The position numbers and the translations under genes were made by a program. 64,000 nt of DNA from Actinomycetota bacterium (GTDB lineage: Bacteria; Actinomycetota; JAHEXW01): contig JANXYU010000003.1 in assembly GCA_025355855.1 (NCBI GenBank), positions 88,713 to 152,712 on the forward strand. The letters are read 5' to 3'. Within the stretch, counting starts at the first letter, position 1. Each line of letters begins with the position of its first letter. The notes below the pieces were generated by a model, which saw only the letters and a program-made list of their open reading frames with translations, did no database searches and was not told the DNA's origin. Below are positions 29,334 through 38,771 of this stretch, one piece after another.

Positions 29334-29657
29334 CTACAGCCACTCAGCTAACTCGGCAACGAGTTTCTTCTTCGGCATCGCGCCGACAATCTTCTTCTTT
29401 TGCTCGCCGCCCTGAAAAACGATCATGGTTGGAATGCCCATAATGCCGAAGCCCGGCGGTGTCTTCTGATTTTCGTCCACGTTGAGCTTGGCTATCTTGA
29501 TCTTGTCGCCGTACTCATCGGCCAGCTCTTCAAGGATCGGTCCGATCATTCGGCACGGGCCGCACCACTCGGCCCAGAAGTCGACCAGGACCGGCTTGTC
29601 GCTCTCGAGAACTTCGGTTTGAAAGGAATCGTCGGTTACGTGGATGATATCGGCCAT
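29334..29657 (-). CDS. trxA: thioredoxin
   Basis: WAEWCGPCRM active site; 107 aa. Confidence 0.92.
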   Translation of the reverse strand: MADIIHVTDDSFQTEVLESDKPVLVDFWAEWCGPCRMIGPILEELADEYGDKIKIAKLNVDENQKTPPGFGIMGIPTMIVFQGGEQKKKIVGAMPKKKLVAELAEWL

Positions 29658-29670
29658 TCTTATCTCCTCC

Positions 29671-30600
29671 TTAGAGCGTTTCGATATATTTTTCAGCCAA
29701 GACCGCAGCGCGCGCGCCCTCCGCGGCGGCCCAGATTATTTGCTTTAAGCTGTTGGCGCGGCAGTTGCCGGCCGCATAGACTCCCGGCACGGAGGTCTGT
29801 AGGTCATCGCAAGCGGTGACAAAACCTTTGTCATCTCGCTCGACAACATCAGCCAGAAAGCCTGTCTCCGGGCTGGTGCCGACAAAAATGAAGATGCCGT
29901 CGGTCGGCACGGACTTCATAACGCCGGTCTGAGTGTCGCTCAAGACGGCTTCCGTAACCAGCATATCACCACGGACCTCGTCTAGAACACTATTCCAGAT
30001 CCACATGATTTTAGAATTCGCTTGCGCCCGCTTGACCAGGACATCGTCAGCGCGCAATTTGTCGCGCCGATGCACAATGGTGACAGAGGAACAAAACTTC
30101 GTCAGAAAGATTGCCTCTTCCACCGCCGCGTTGCCGCCCCCGATGACCAGAACTTTCTTGTCCCGGAACAGGGGCCCGTCGCAGGTGGCGCAGTAGGAAA
30201 CGCCCCGACCAGTAAATTCTTTTTCACCCTTGGCGCCCAAAACGGCCGGACTGGTGCCGCTGGCGATGATAACAGTCCGCGCCAGCAGTTCTTCCCCGTC
30301 ATCCAAGACAATAGTTTTCCCTTTGTCGTCCAGTCGTATCGTCGTCACCGGACTGAAGTTCTTGATCTCCGCGCCAAAGCGCACGGCCTGAGCGTCAAAA
30401 CGATCCATGAGTTCCTCCGTCTTGATGCCTTCGGGAAAACCGGGATAGTTCTCGATTTCGTCGGTAATTGAGTAGGGGCCGCCCTTTAAGCCCTTTTCTA
30501 AGATGATTGTTTTTAGTCCGCCGCGGCTAGCATATAGGCCTGCGGCCATTCCAGCCGGGCCTCCCCCGATGATAGCGACGTCATAGTTTTTGTCAGGCAT
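29671..30600 (-). CDS. trxB: thioredoxin-disulfide reductase
   Basis: GGGPAG FAD motif, redox-active CATCDG, second Rossmann motif VIGGGNAAVEEA. Confidence 0.9.
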   Translation of the reverse strand: MPDKNYDVAIIGGGPAGMAAGLYASRGGLKTIILEKGLKGGPYSITDEIENYPGFPEGIKTEELMDRFDAQAVRFGAEIKNFSPVTTIRLDDKGKTIVLDDGEELLARTVIIASGTSPAVLGAKGEKEFTGRGVSYCATCDGPLFRDKKVLVIGGGNAAVEEAIFLTKFCSSVTIVHRRDKLRADDVLVKRAQANSKIMWIWNSVLDEVRGDMLVTEAVLSDTQTGVMKSVPTDGIFIFVGTSPETGFLADVVERDDKGFVTACDDLQTSVPGVYAAGNCRANSLKQIIWAAAEGARAAVLAEKYIETL

Positions 30601-30625
30601 GTCCGTAACGCTCCGTTCAATAATG

Positions 30626-31630
30626 TTACTGATTCAAACGAGTGAGGGCTTGTTTGGAGAGATCCGCTAGTGAGCCAGTTTGGTCCAGCTCGAGATAAGC
30701 TTTGTACTGTTCGATTGCTTGCGGCTTGGCGCCTTTCTTCTCGTAGGCGACACCCGCGTAGTAATATGCGGGGGCGTATTGGGCGTCGCTCGTCATCGCC
30801 TTGGATATTTCAGTCAGTGCGATGTCATAGTTACCCAGCGAAATATAGGCGTTAGCCATATCGGTTCTGATCTTTACATCATCGTTGATCAGCAGTGCCT
30901 TATGATAGTAGACGATGCCTTCAGCGTACTTCCCGTTCGCGACGTATAGGTTGGCCAAGGTCACCATTGTCTGCACGTCTTCCGGCTTGTTGGCAAGAAT
31001 CTGCTTGTAGCTCGCCTCTGAAGCAGCAAAATCTCTTTGCTGGGCGGTTTGGGTATTAGCGTTTATGACAGTCACATAGTAGTAGCCAAGAGAGGCGACG
31101 CCGCCCACAACAAGGAGACCAATGATTGTCACCAGGACTTTCAGCAACGCCTCTTCCTTTAGGCGTCGCCGGAAACTCTTCTTGACTGGCTTCTCCTCGA
31201 TGCGTTCCGCGGCCACGTCCAACGTCTGCGCCCGCAGCATCATATTCAGGTCGCTAGTTATCAAGATCACCTTGCTCATGGGGTTGCTGCCGGTCACCTG
31301 GTGGGCTAAGGCCAGGATAACATCGTCGGCATTCTTTAGGTTAAGCCCCTGGGGTATGTCGCCCAGATGATCAGTCGACATAACCTTGATGGTGGCGTTT
31401 TCCTTGGTGACGATCCCGTCTGTCAATTTGCCCCGTTTGGCCAGGGAGAAAAGCATCCGGGAGACCTCGCGACCGCGGTATATCATGGAGCGGTCAGCCC
31501 GGCTTACCTTGAGACGGTCGAGTTCGGACAAAACGATCTGGGGGATGATGATCTCAGAATCGGGACAGCAAAAAATGATATCCGGGTCGCTTAACAGGGC
31601 GCTAGTGTCTATAACGTAGATGGTCTTCAT
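30626..31630 (-). CDS. PIN-domain protein fused to a TM helix and extracytoplasmic TPR repeats
   Basis: N-terminal PIN-like MKTIYVIDTSALLSDPD...ITSDLNM, one TM helix (LLKVLVTIIGLLVVGGVASLGYYYV), C-terminal TPR-like repeats (ANLYVANGKYAEGIVYYHKAL..., GVAYEKKGAKPQAIEQYKAYLELD). Confidence 0.6.
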   Translation of the reverse strand: MKTIYVIDTSALLSDPDIIFCCPDSEIIIPQIVLSELDRLKVSRADRSMIYRGREVSRMLFSLAKRGKLTDGIVTKENATIKVMSTDHLGDIPQGLNLKNADDVILALAHQVTGSNPMSKVILITSDLNMMLRAQTLDVAAERIEEKPVKKSFRRRLKEEALLKVLVTIIGLLVVGGVASLGYYYVTVINANTQTAQQRDFAASEASYKQILANKPEDVQTMVTLANLYVANGKYAEGIVYYHKALLINDDVKIRTDMANAYISLGNYDIALTEISKAMTSDAQYAPAYYYAGVAYEKKGAKPQAIEQYKAYLELDQTGSLADLSKQALTRLNQ

Positions 31631-31649
31631 GTTCTACATTGTAACCTTA

Positions 31650-32528
31650 TCAGAACCAGTTCGGAAAGAACCGGGTGAAGGCGGACAGATTCGTGATCGT
31701 AGCGGGTTGGGCGATGACTTGCGCCATAGAGGCAATGAAGCCCGCTGCCGGCAAAAATACGAACTGGGCCAGAATCGTTCCGATGATTTTTCCGGCGACC
31801 AGATACCACACCATCACTTGGACATCATGCTCGGTCCGTTCGCCGGCAATCGCTTGATCGGTGATGAGGGCGATAATCGGGTCGACCAAGATAATAAGCA
31901 GGAAGGTTGCGATGACGTTGACAATGCCGCTCAGATTATCCGCGGTCAGACGATGGTCCGGAATCAGCGCGCCGGAGTAGATGGTCGACAAGACGCCTGT
32001 CGTATAGATGGCAACTACGATAACGTTGGCAATCAAGAATCCTTTAGGAATGGTTGATTTCGTATGTTCCTCGGGTCGTTTGAACTGCGGGGCCCGTACC
32101 GATTCCAAAAGAACGCGGTAGCTGCGCCCGCGAAATAGGCGTTTGAACAACTTGAACACGGAAGCTTCTCGCTCAAAAACAGTGAGGACGCGGGTAAAGA
32201 TGCGAACGAAGGTAGGTACAAGCAAGGCCCCGATGATGCTGCCGATCGTCGCCGCGAGGATTATCCAGCGGAACTGGCCCGCCAACGTTGCCAGAACCGA
32301 CGCCGGCACTTGGTGAGTATAACCAAGCATAGCCCGGTCGACCAGACTACCGGTAAGCGGGGCTTGAATGGTATTGGCAAAGCGGGAAAACAGAAGCAGC
32401 ATGTTGAACAAAGTCAGCGCTATCCCCAGTTTGCGGACGCGAACCGCCGAAATGCGGCTGCTATAATAGAGCGCGTCGATGCTGTGAATGACCGCGGTGA
32501 AGACGCAGACAATTGCCAGGCGGACCAA
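31650..32528 (-). CDS. polytopic membrane protein, possibly Amj-like lipid II flippase (DUF2837)
   Basis: Hydropathy and length (~290 aa, 8-10 TM); tentative family recall only. Confidence 0.35.
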   Translation of the reverse strand: MVRLAIVCVFTAVIHSIDALYYSSRISAVRVRKLGIALTLFNMLLLFSRFANTIQAPLTGSLVDRAMLGYTHQVPASVLATLAGQFRWIILAATIGSIIGALLVPTFVRIFTRVLTVFEREASVFKLFKRLFRGRSYRVLLESVRAPQFKRPEEHTKSTIPKGFLIANVIVVAIYTTGVLSTIYSGALIPDHRLTADNLSGIVNVIATFLLIILVDPIIALITDQAIAGERTEHDVQVMVWYLVAGKIIGTILAQFVFLPAAGFIASMAQVIAQPATITNLSAFTRFFPNWF

Positions 32529-33449
32529 TTATTTACCCTTCGCTTTTGTCCGGCTCTTTTCAGCCAGCGCTTTTGTGACTGCCTCGTCGGCCGGGAAGCT
32601 GTGTTCCTCGGCCGGAAACGCGCCTGCCTTCACGTCTGAGACGTATTCCTCGAACGCCTGCCGCATGGTCGGGCCGAGCGCGGCGTATTGTTTGGTGAAC
32701 TTGGGAACGAACTTCTCGAATAAACCGATGACGTCATGCACGACTAGTACCTGGCCGTCACAATCCGGACCAGCGCCGATACCGATCGTGGTGATGCCGA
32801 TATTATCCGTCACGTACTTGGCGACCGGCGCCGGTATCTTTTCTAAAACGATCGCGCTGGCGCCCGCCAGTTCCAGTGCCGTCGCGTCACTCAGCAGTTT
32901 ATCAACTTCGGCGAGCCCCTTGGCTCGCAAACCGTAACCGCCAAAGACGTTTATCGATTGAGGCGTGAGGCCGAGGTGCCCGACAACCGGGATGCCCGCG
33001 TCGACAATGGCGCGCACGGTTTTGGCGACCTCCACGCCGCCTTCCAGCTTAACCGCGTCCGCTCCAGCCTCTTGCATCAGCCGGCCGGCGTTGCGCATGC
33101 CTTCTTTAGTGGATATCTGATAGCTCATAAAGGGCATATCGGCGATGACCATGGCGCGCTTGGCCGCCCGGACAACCGGTTTGGTGTGGTGAATCATGTC
33201 TTCCATTGTCACCGGGATGGTGCTGTCATACCCGAGAACAACCATGCCGAGCGAGTCTCCGACCAGGATCATGTCGATACCGGCGGCATCCAAGGCGGCA
33301 GCCGTCGGATAATCGTAGCCAGTCAGCATGGTCACCTTCTCGCCCTTGGCTTTCGCTTCCTTAAGGTAACTAACCGTCACCTTTTTTATTGGAGTCGTCT
33401 CGCCCATTTTTCCCCCTTCACCTGCTACCGGCAAGCAGCAGTCGCTCAT
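32529..33449 (-). CDS. panB: 3-methyl-2-oxobutanoate hydroxymethyltransferase
   Basis: LTGYDYPTAAALDAAGIDMILVGDSLGMVVLGYDSTIPVT...ADMPFMSY; the true start may be M15 (MGETTPIKK, ~33407). Confidence 0.85.
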   Translation of the reverse strand: MSDCCLPVAGEGGKMGETTPIKKVTVSYLKEAKAKGEKVTMLTGYDYPTAAALDAAGIDMILVGDSLGMVVLGYDSTIPVTMEDMIHHTKPVVRAAKRAMVIADMPFMSYQISTKEGMRNAGRLMQEAGADAVKLEGGVEVAKTVRAIVDAGIPVVGHLGLTPQSINVFGGYGLRAKGLAEVDKLLSDATALELAGASAIVLEKIPAPVAKYVTDNIGITTIGIGAGPDCDGQVLVVHDVIGLFEKFVPKFTKQYAALGPTMRQAFEEYVSDVKAGAFPAEEHSFPADEAVTKALAEKSRTKAKGK

Positions 33450-34328
33450 TTATTCCGACCGGTCCAGCGCCTCGAGCAGCTCGCGCGCCGATTCTTTGTC
33501 TACCGTTCCTTTGTCCATCCCCACTTTGACTGTGTATGCGCCCATCTCGCGGTATAAACGACCCGCCCAAGGCGCCGTTTCGTCGATCGCTTTTAGGTGA
33601 CGAACAACAGTGCCAACATCGCAGCGCGCGATCGGGCCGGTCAACGCCTGCGCGGGCCCCAGCTTAGCGATGTTTTCGACGGTGCCGCGCAACAAAGGCA
33701 GGAACGCCTGCCGGGCTTGGTCTTCGGGTACACCGATCGCCGCATAGAGAGCCGTACTGAAGTCAACCAGACTGACAAGATAATTTGAAACCGCGCATGC
33801 CGCCGCGTGATAGAGCGCTCTGTCCTTATCCGCTATCTTGATGACGGTGCCGCCTAGGGCTCGAACCAAGTCACTGGCAACGACCAGGGCTTCATCCTCG
33901 GCGGTCACGCCAAAAACGCTGCCGGGCAGGTTTAAGATCGCCGAGTCAATATCGGCAAAAGACTGCATCGGATGGATGCTCCCGACTTGTGCGCCCAGAT
34001 GCTTGGCGCCGCCCAACACCATTAGCGGCAAAGCGCCGCTGGTATGAAAAACGATGTCATCCTGGGCGAATCCGCCATGAGCCGCGATCGTCTCGCAAAC
34101 GTGTTTGACCGAATCATCCTTGGTGGTGATAAAGATTATGTCGCCCAGCCTGGCGGCCTCGACCACGTCGTTGGTGGCCTTCGCGTCGACATAGGAACCG
34201 GCTCTTTTTAAACTGGCCTCGGTTCTGCCCGCGACGGCCGCAATTTTATAACCGTGTGACTGTAGAAGTGCCGCGATGGCCGTTCCGACAATCCCGGCAC
34301 CTATAATTGAGATCGTCCGTTCCCGCAT
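33450..34328 (-). CDS. Rossmann-fold NAD(P) oxidoreductase of the DUF2520/PanG-like type; candidate ketopantoate reductase
   Basis: IIGAGIVGTAIAALL dinucleotide motif; translationally coupled to panB. Confidence 0.45.
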   Translation of the reverse strand: MRERTISIIGAGIVGTAIAALLQSHGYKIAAVAGRTEASLKRAGSYVDAKATNDVVEAARLGDIIFITTKDDSVKHVCETIAAHGGFAQDDIVFHTSGALPLMVLGGAKHLGAQVGSIHPMQSFADIDSAILNLPGSVFGVTAEDEALVVASDLVRALGGTVIKIADKDRALYHAAACAVSNYLVSLVDFSTALYAAIGVPEDQARQAFLPLLRGTVENIAKLGPAQALTGPIARCDVGTVVRHLKAIDETAPWAGRLYREMGAYTVKVGMDKGTVDKESARELLEALDRSE

Positions 34329-34426
34329 GTTTCGCGCCCGCCCTTCGCTTGATTGGTGTTCAACCAGGCCGAATAGCCTAACTGTGTAGGCAATGATTAT
34401 ATCATAGCGATTTTGCGACGCGGCCT

Positions 34427-34726
34427 CTAGTTGGCGAAACCAATGTTTGGTCCTTTAACGGAACCGGGGTCGGGCGGGCCGGGAATAGGGCCAAAAGCCT
34501 TCTCGTATTTCGCGACGTTTTCGGTCAGCGCCGCCAGGAACGCTTTGGCGTGTTGCGGGCTCATCATTACGCGGCTGACGAGGTCTCCCCGCGGCGGACT
34601 GATACGCAAGAAATCCAATGTAAAATCGAATGGCTGGTGGCTGATGTTCGCGAAATTCGAGTAAACCGGTTCGGTCTGGCTGGTATCGATCGTAATCTGC
34701 ATTCCCTGATCTTTTGGCTCGTCCAT
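34427..34726 (-). CDS. small conserved hypothetical protein (DUF3467-like)
   Basis: 99-aa ORF; ITIDTSQTEPVYSNFANISHQPFDFTLDF resembles DUF3467 from memory. Confidence 0.4.
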   Translation of the reverse strand: MDEPKDQGMQITIDTSQTEPVYSNFANISHQPFDFTLDFLRISPPRGDLVSRVMMSPQHAKAFLAALTENVAKYEKAFGPIPGPPDPGSVKGPNIGFAN

Positions 34727-34759
34727 GTCAACCTCCGCTTGTCTCAGTTTGTCTGGATT

Positions 34760-35242
34760 TTATATCGGGTAGCCCCGCGAATCAGTGTATTTAACCACGC
34801 CGTCTTCGTTACGTTCGGCCTTGAATTGCGCGCCGCTCATGTTTTTGTAGACGCATGTGAACGTTCTCTCTCGGGTCGCTTTAATACTGACTTGCCCGTT
34901 GGCGGGTGAGCTGTTGACCCATTCTATCCGGGGTTCAAGTTTTTTTAGCGAGTATGTCGTCACCGCGGCGAATGAATTGTTGTGCGTGGCGGCGAAGGCT
35001 TCGGCCGCGTCAACGGCGTGAGTTAGGACTGTTTTAGCGGCCCGCGCGTCAGTTTGGTCGACATTCTGGCTTTCGGTCCCGAACATGATAAACACGACAA
35101 CCGCGAAAGCTATTGTGAAAAGCAGGAAGGGGACAGCCAAAGCCAACGCCTTCAGCCATTTCCTACCTTGGCGATGACCGCGCAACTTAGCTCGTTCGTC
35201 CTCGCGCGCCAGCCTCAGTTCTTCGCGTTCCTCTGTAGTCAA
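34760..35242 (-). CDS. hypothetical membrane-anchored protein
   Basis: ORF with one TM helix (ALALAVPFLLFTIAFAVVVFIMF). Confidence 0.35.
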   Translation of the reverse strand: MTTEEREELRLAREDERAKLRGHRQGRKWLKALALAVPFLLFTIAFAVVVFIMFGTESQNVDQTDARAAKTVLTHAVDAAEAFAATHNNSFAAVTTYSLKKLEPRIEWVNSSPANGQVSIKATRERTFTCVYKNMSGAQFKAERNEDGVVKYTDSRGYPI

Positions 35243-35356
35243 CTTGTCGATTATTGTCGCCCCCTCTGGTCAAGAGATGCATCTCAACGCTATATTACCT
35301 ATAATACCCGAGACTATTCCAGAGAATTCGAGAACACTCATCTAGGAGGCGGAAAA

Positions 35357-36031
35357 ATGGCGGAGCGTAGAAACTTAGGCGTTATCGTCGCTGGAGCCTT
35401 GTTTATTTTTGTGGCAATTCTTACGGTCGGCGAGGGCGCTCTACTGCGTCAGTCGGGGCAAAGCCGAACTCAGATCGACCGCTTAAGCCTACGGCTGGCC
35501 AAGTTTGAGGCCGCCCAAAAGAAAACGGCCGCGATTGCGAAGGCTAAGGCTGCGACTAAAACCGTTGATCCCTACGCGGGCTGGCTGACGTATGACAACG
35601 CGGCTGTCGGCTACAAGCTTAGATATCCGGCCGACTGGACTGCCGAGGAGACCACGGACGCCGACTCTGGAGCCGCTAACTTTGTCATCTTCCGCGACTC
35701 AAACCAGAAATACGCGGTCTCGTTCGGACTGCGGAAGTCCGGGTCGGATCTGGTTACTTCCGGGCGAACTGGCTTAGGCCAGGGTGAGTCTTTCACCGGT
35801 GGAACCATCACAATCCTGGGCGAGCTGATCGATAAGACATATCACGTCAACAACGGTCACGCCCTAGTTGTCTTCTATGGCCCCGGGGCGGCTGCCTCTT
35901 TCACCGTCGCCGGAAACGAAATCAACGCGGAGCTGACCGCTCCCGGGCTTGACTGGGAAGCGACCGAATTACGCGGTATCCCCGAAGAGGCCCTATCCGA
36001 TAAGATAGTTACTTCTCTAACAATGAATTAG
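35357..36031 (+). CDS. membrane-anchored paralog 1 (TM anchor + Ala/Lys-rich helix + ~160-aa beta-rich domain beginning DPYAGW-TY)
   Basis: ATG 35357 with RBS TAGGAGG; shares the C-terminal domain with 38772..39503 (...DPYAGWLTYDNAAVGYKLRYPADWT...GRTGLGQGE...NAELTAPGL...). Confidence 0.5.
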   Translation: MAERRNLGVIVAGALFIFVAILTVGEGALLRQSGQSRTQIDRLSLRLAKFEAAQKKTAAIAKAKAATKTVDPYAGWLTYDNAAVGYKLRYPADWTAEETTDADSGAANFVIFRDSNQKYAVSFGLRKSGSDLVTSGRTGLGQGESFTGGTITILGELIDKTYHVNNGHALVVFYGPGAAASFTVAGNEINAELTAPGLDWEATELRGIPEEALSDKIVTSLTMN

Positions 36032-36126
36032 GCAGCCAACCGCGCTCAATTCCATGTCAATCTTTTCGCTCGACAACATTGTCTTCCTGAGCATAATCCT
36101 GATTGAAAATGAGGTAAAGCGCGTAA

Positions 36127-36156
36127 GCGCTTTAGTGCTTTAAAGCACTAAAGCGC
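36127..36156. repeat. perfect 30-bp palindrome GCGCTTTAGTGCTTTAAAGCACTAAAGCGC (same repeat family as 10691-10790 and 28398-28520)
   Basis: Read directly; between convergent paralog-1 and tspO genes. Confidence 0.85.
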
Positions 36157-36176
36157 TCTGGGCTAAATGGGAAGAG

Positions 36177-36584
36177 TTAGGCGTTCTTTATCGTTATTGT
36201 CAGTTGCAATATGGTCGCGAAGGCGACCCAAGCTAAATAAGGGATATTCGCCAGCGCAACCCAAGGGGTGTACGGCCAGATGGCCAGCATTAGCCAGACT
36301 AGAGTGACCAGCACGAGCAGGATGTCGACAGCGGCCAAGACGTTACTGCGGAGTCCGAATTGCAGCGGGGTAAACGCGAAGTTGAATATCAGGTTCAAGA
36401 TAAAGGGGAGAGCCACGACCAGCGGGACACGACCTTTGGCCGCCAGATAGCCGACATAGCCAAATGAAACTGCAATGACTAGATATAGGACAGACCACAC
36501 CGGACCGAACAGCCAGGACGGGGGTGCCCAGGCCGGCTTAGTAAGATGTTGATACCAAGTGTACGAGCTCTCTTGTGTGACCAT
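36177..36584 (-). CDS. tspO: TspO/MBR tryptophan-rich sensory protein
   Basis: WYQHLTKPAWAPPSWLFGPVWSVLY is the canonical TspO N-terminal signature; 5 TM. Confidence 0.85.
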   Translation of the reverse strand: MVTQESSYTWYQHLTKPAWAPPSWLFGPVWSVLYLVIAVSFGYVGYLAAKGRVPLVVALPFILNLIFNFAFTPLQFGLRSNVLAAVDILLVLVTLVWLMLAIWPYTPWVALANIPYLAWVAFATILQLTITIKNA

Positions 36585-36626
36585 AGCGAAAGTATAACCG
36601 AATCAACTAGTTTACGTACCGTGAGT

Positions 36627-37034
36627 TTAAGTCGACTCTCGCATCGCGGCCATGGCGGACTGCTCGCGTTCCTCCATCGGCGTAAAACCTTCCATGATTC
36701 CGAATTTGTTGCCTTCGGTGTCTTCGCAATAGCGGAAGGTCCCGACGTTCATGATCTCTTGCCTATCGGTCAAGTTTTTTCCGCCCGCTTGCTCAATCGC
36801 TTTCGAGGCCTCGTCCAAGTTCTTTACCTCCAGCGTCAAAATGACCTCTGGTTTTTCGCTAGCCATAATCGCGCCGTTGATTCCCGGCTCCTTATCCGAA
36901 CCGGTCGCGGCCAGCCAATAGTCATCGGGGCCTTCCCAAGTGCTAATGTCCCAGCCGAAAACGTCGTGGTAAAAGGTCACCGCGCGCGCCGGCATCGGAC
37001 CAGCTATCTCGAAATGTATTACCCTTCCCATCAT
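36627..37034 (-). CDS. VOC-family (glyoxalase/bleomycin-resistance fold) protein
   Basis: VIHFEIAG...FYHDVFGWDIS...EDTEGNKFGIME. Confidence 0.7.
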   Translation of the reverse strand: MMGRVIHFEIAGPMPARAVTFYHDVFGWDISTWEGPDDYWLAATGSDKEPGINGAIMASEKPEVILTLEVKNLDEASKAIEQAGGKNLTDRQEIMNVGTFRYCEDTEGNKFGIMEGFTPMEEREQSAMAAMREST

Positions 37035-37164
37035 GGGCCTCCTTATGTAAAGGGATTTCCCGGATACGAGCCATTATCGCACTTCCGCAAGGGAATTTAA
37101 CCACTCTGGGGTTAAGACTAGGCGGATTACTAGCCTGATATTGGACACCTATAGAATGCCTATA

Positions 37165-37198
37165 CAGTCTATTGTCTAATTAATTGGACAATAGACAG
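37165..37198. promoter_or_regulatory. inverted repeat GTCTATTGTC-N10-GACAATAGAC upstream of the VOC gene; candidate operator
   Basis: Read directly (cagtctattgtctaattaattggacaatagacag). Confidence 0.3.
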
Positions 37199-37236
37199 TT
37201 GGCTGATGAGAGAGGCGGTTGCAGGTATTTGTTCGA

Positions 37237-37917
37237 TTAATGGATAGTGATTGACGCGGTGATTTGGTAGGCCTCGGCGTCGTGCATGACATAGTAATCG
37301 ACGCCTTTATAGTTAAGGTCGGCCGCGTAGGTAAACGTGTAGACTTTGCGGTTTTTGATCGTCCACAACGTTGTTCTCTTGAAAGGTTGGCCAACCTCGA
37401 CGTATGTATCGACCACCTGGATTGCCGGATTCGAGTCCAGTGTGGTCTCGATCTGGCTGGTCACGTCCCCGCCGCCTTGGGGAGCCTGACGCGCCGCGGC
37501 GACGTAGTCCTCCAGTTTTGCCGCCGCCGGCACCGTCTCGACAAAGACGGTATAGGTGCACTCGTTTTGGTAGGGGCTGCCGGCCGCCATCGCCGGTCCC
37601 AGAAGCGCTGCCCGCAACGTGTCCGCGACAGTCTCAGTCAACGTCCAGTTCGGCGGATATAGGAGGGTGGTGCCCCACGTCTTGTTGGAATACGTCTGCC
37701 AACCTTTATATGGTCCCTCGTCTGTCGGGTTGGAGGCGGTGTCGGTCGCGACCGGTTTCGTCGCGGTAGAAGTTGCCGCGTTGGTAATGGCGGACGTGTC
37801 CTTTATGGCTGAGGGCAGCCGGTACATAGCCAAGATAATCGCCAGCACAGTAAGCGTCACCGCTATTGCCGCAATTATGCTGGCTTTATTTTCCTTAACG
37901 AACCTGCTCTTGGCCAT
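37237..37917 (-). CDS. membrane-anchored paralog 2 (distant; domain begins PYKGWQTYSNKTWGTTLLYPPNWT)
   Basis: N-terminal TM, Thr/Ala-rich linker, shared motif with paralogs 1 and 3. Confidence 0.45.
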   Translation of the reverse strand: MAKSRFVKENKASIIAAIAVTLTVLAIILAMYRLPSAIKDTSAITNAATSTATKPVATDTASNPTDEGPYKGWQTYSNKTWGTTLLYPPNWTLTETVADTLRAALLGPAMAAGSPYQNECTYTVFVETVPAAAKLEDYVAAARQAPQGGGDVTSQIETTLDSNPAIQVVDTYVEVGQPFKRTTLWTIKNRKVYTFTYAADLNYKGVDYYVMHDAEAYQITASITIH

Positions 37918-38078
37918 ATATCATTATAGCCTGCTTCAAATAGCTCGCATGCGATTGTTGCGCGGATTGTGTTCCACTTCGGCCAAGCCTTCAAAATCCA
38001 CGGATCGTCCTTCGTTCCGGCTGCAACGACCTCGCTCGTCATTGCGGATACCCCTTTCGGCTTAGTCTAGGCTAGCAG

Positions 38079-38666
38079 TTAGCTGCCGAGATTTTTGTCC
38101 TTAAAGTACTGCTGGGCTTTGTCTTGCGCTTTGTTAGCCGTATCCTCGGCCGTGCCGACCTGGGCGGCGATACTGTTCAGCTGCGTCTCGTATGCTGCGG
38201 ACGCCTCCGTGGTCAGCGTACCCGCCGCAGCCTGATCCACCAGCTGTTGAAGGGTTTTGACAAGCGACGTTTCCAGGTCACTGACCGCGTCGCGTTTTGT
38301 CCATGAATCAATCAACAATCCCAGATACGTCTTGTATTCAGAGGATATGTCCATTGCCTTGGCTTTTGTAAGAGAATCCTTGCCACTCTTGACCGCGCTT
38401 TTTTCCTCAGCGATCTTGGTTTGAATCTTCGTCAGAGCGGCCGATTTCTGGGCGAACCCGGCGGCGTCGTTCGGCATTGCCTCGACGGCTTTCATATCGT
38501 TCAGAATCTGTGTGGCCAGAGAGTTATATGTATCAATATTGGTATTTGCCTTGGTGACAAGGCCGCTTGCTTCTTTCGTTTGGCCGCTGCCGCCGCAAGC
38601 CAGGAGCAAAAACGTTACCCCAAGAACCAATGCCACAGCCAACGGTACCCGGTAAGATTTTTTCAT
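38079..38666 (-). CDS. alpha-helical lipoprotein
   Basis: Lipobox LLLACGG after MKKSYRVPLAVALVLGVTF. Confidence 0.5.
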   Translation of the reverse strand: MKKSYRVPLAVALVLGVTFLLLACGGSGQTKEASGLVTKANTNIDTYNSLATQILNDMKAVEAMPNDAAGFAQKSAALTKIQTKIAEEKSAVKSGKDSLTKAKAMDISSEYKTYLGLLIDSWTKRDAVSDLETSLVKTLQQLVDQAAAGTLTTEASAAYETQLNSIAAQVGTAEDTANKAQDKAQQYFKDKNLGS

Positions 38667-38771
38667 GTTGTCTCCTTTTGCTTATGCGACAGGTTAAAAT
38701 CTAAAGCAAGCAACGTCAATGTACCTTTACCTTCAAATGCAGTCAATACGATACGCACGGTAAACTAAACA

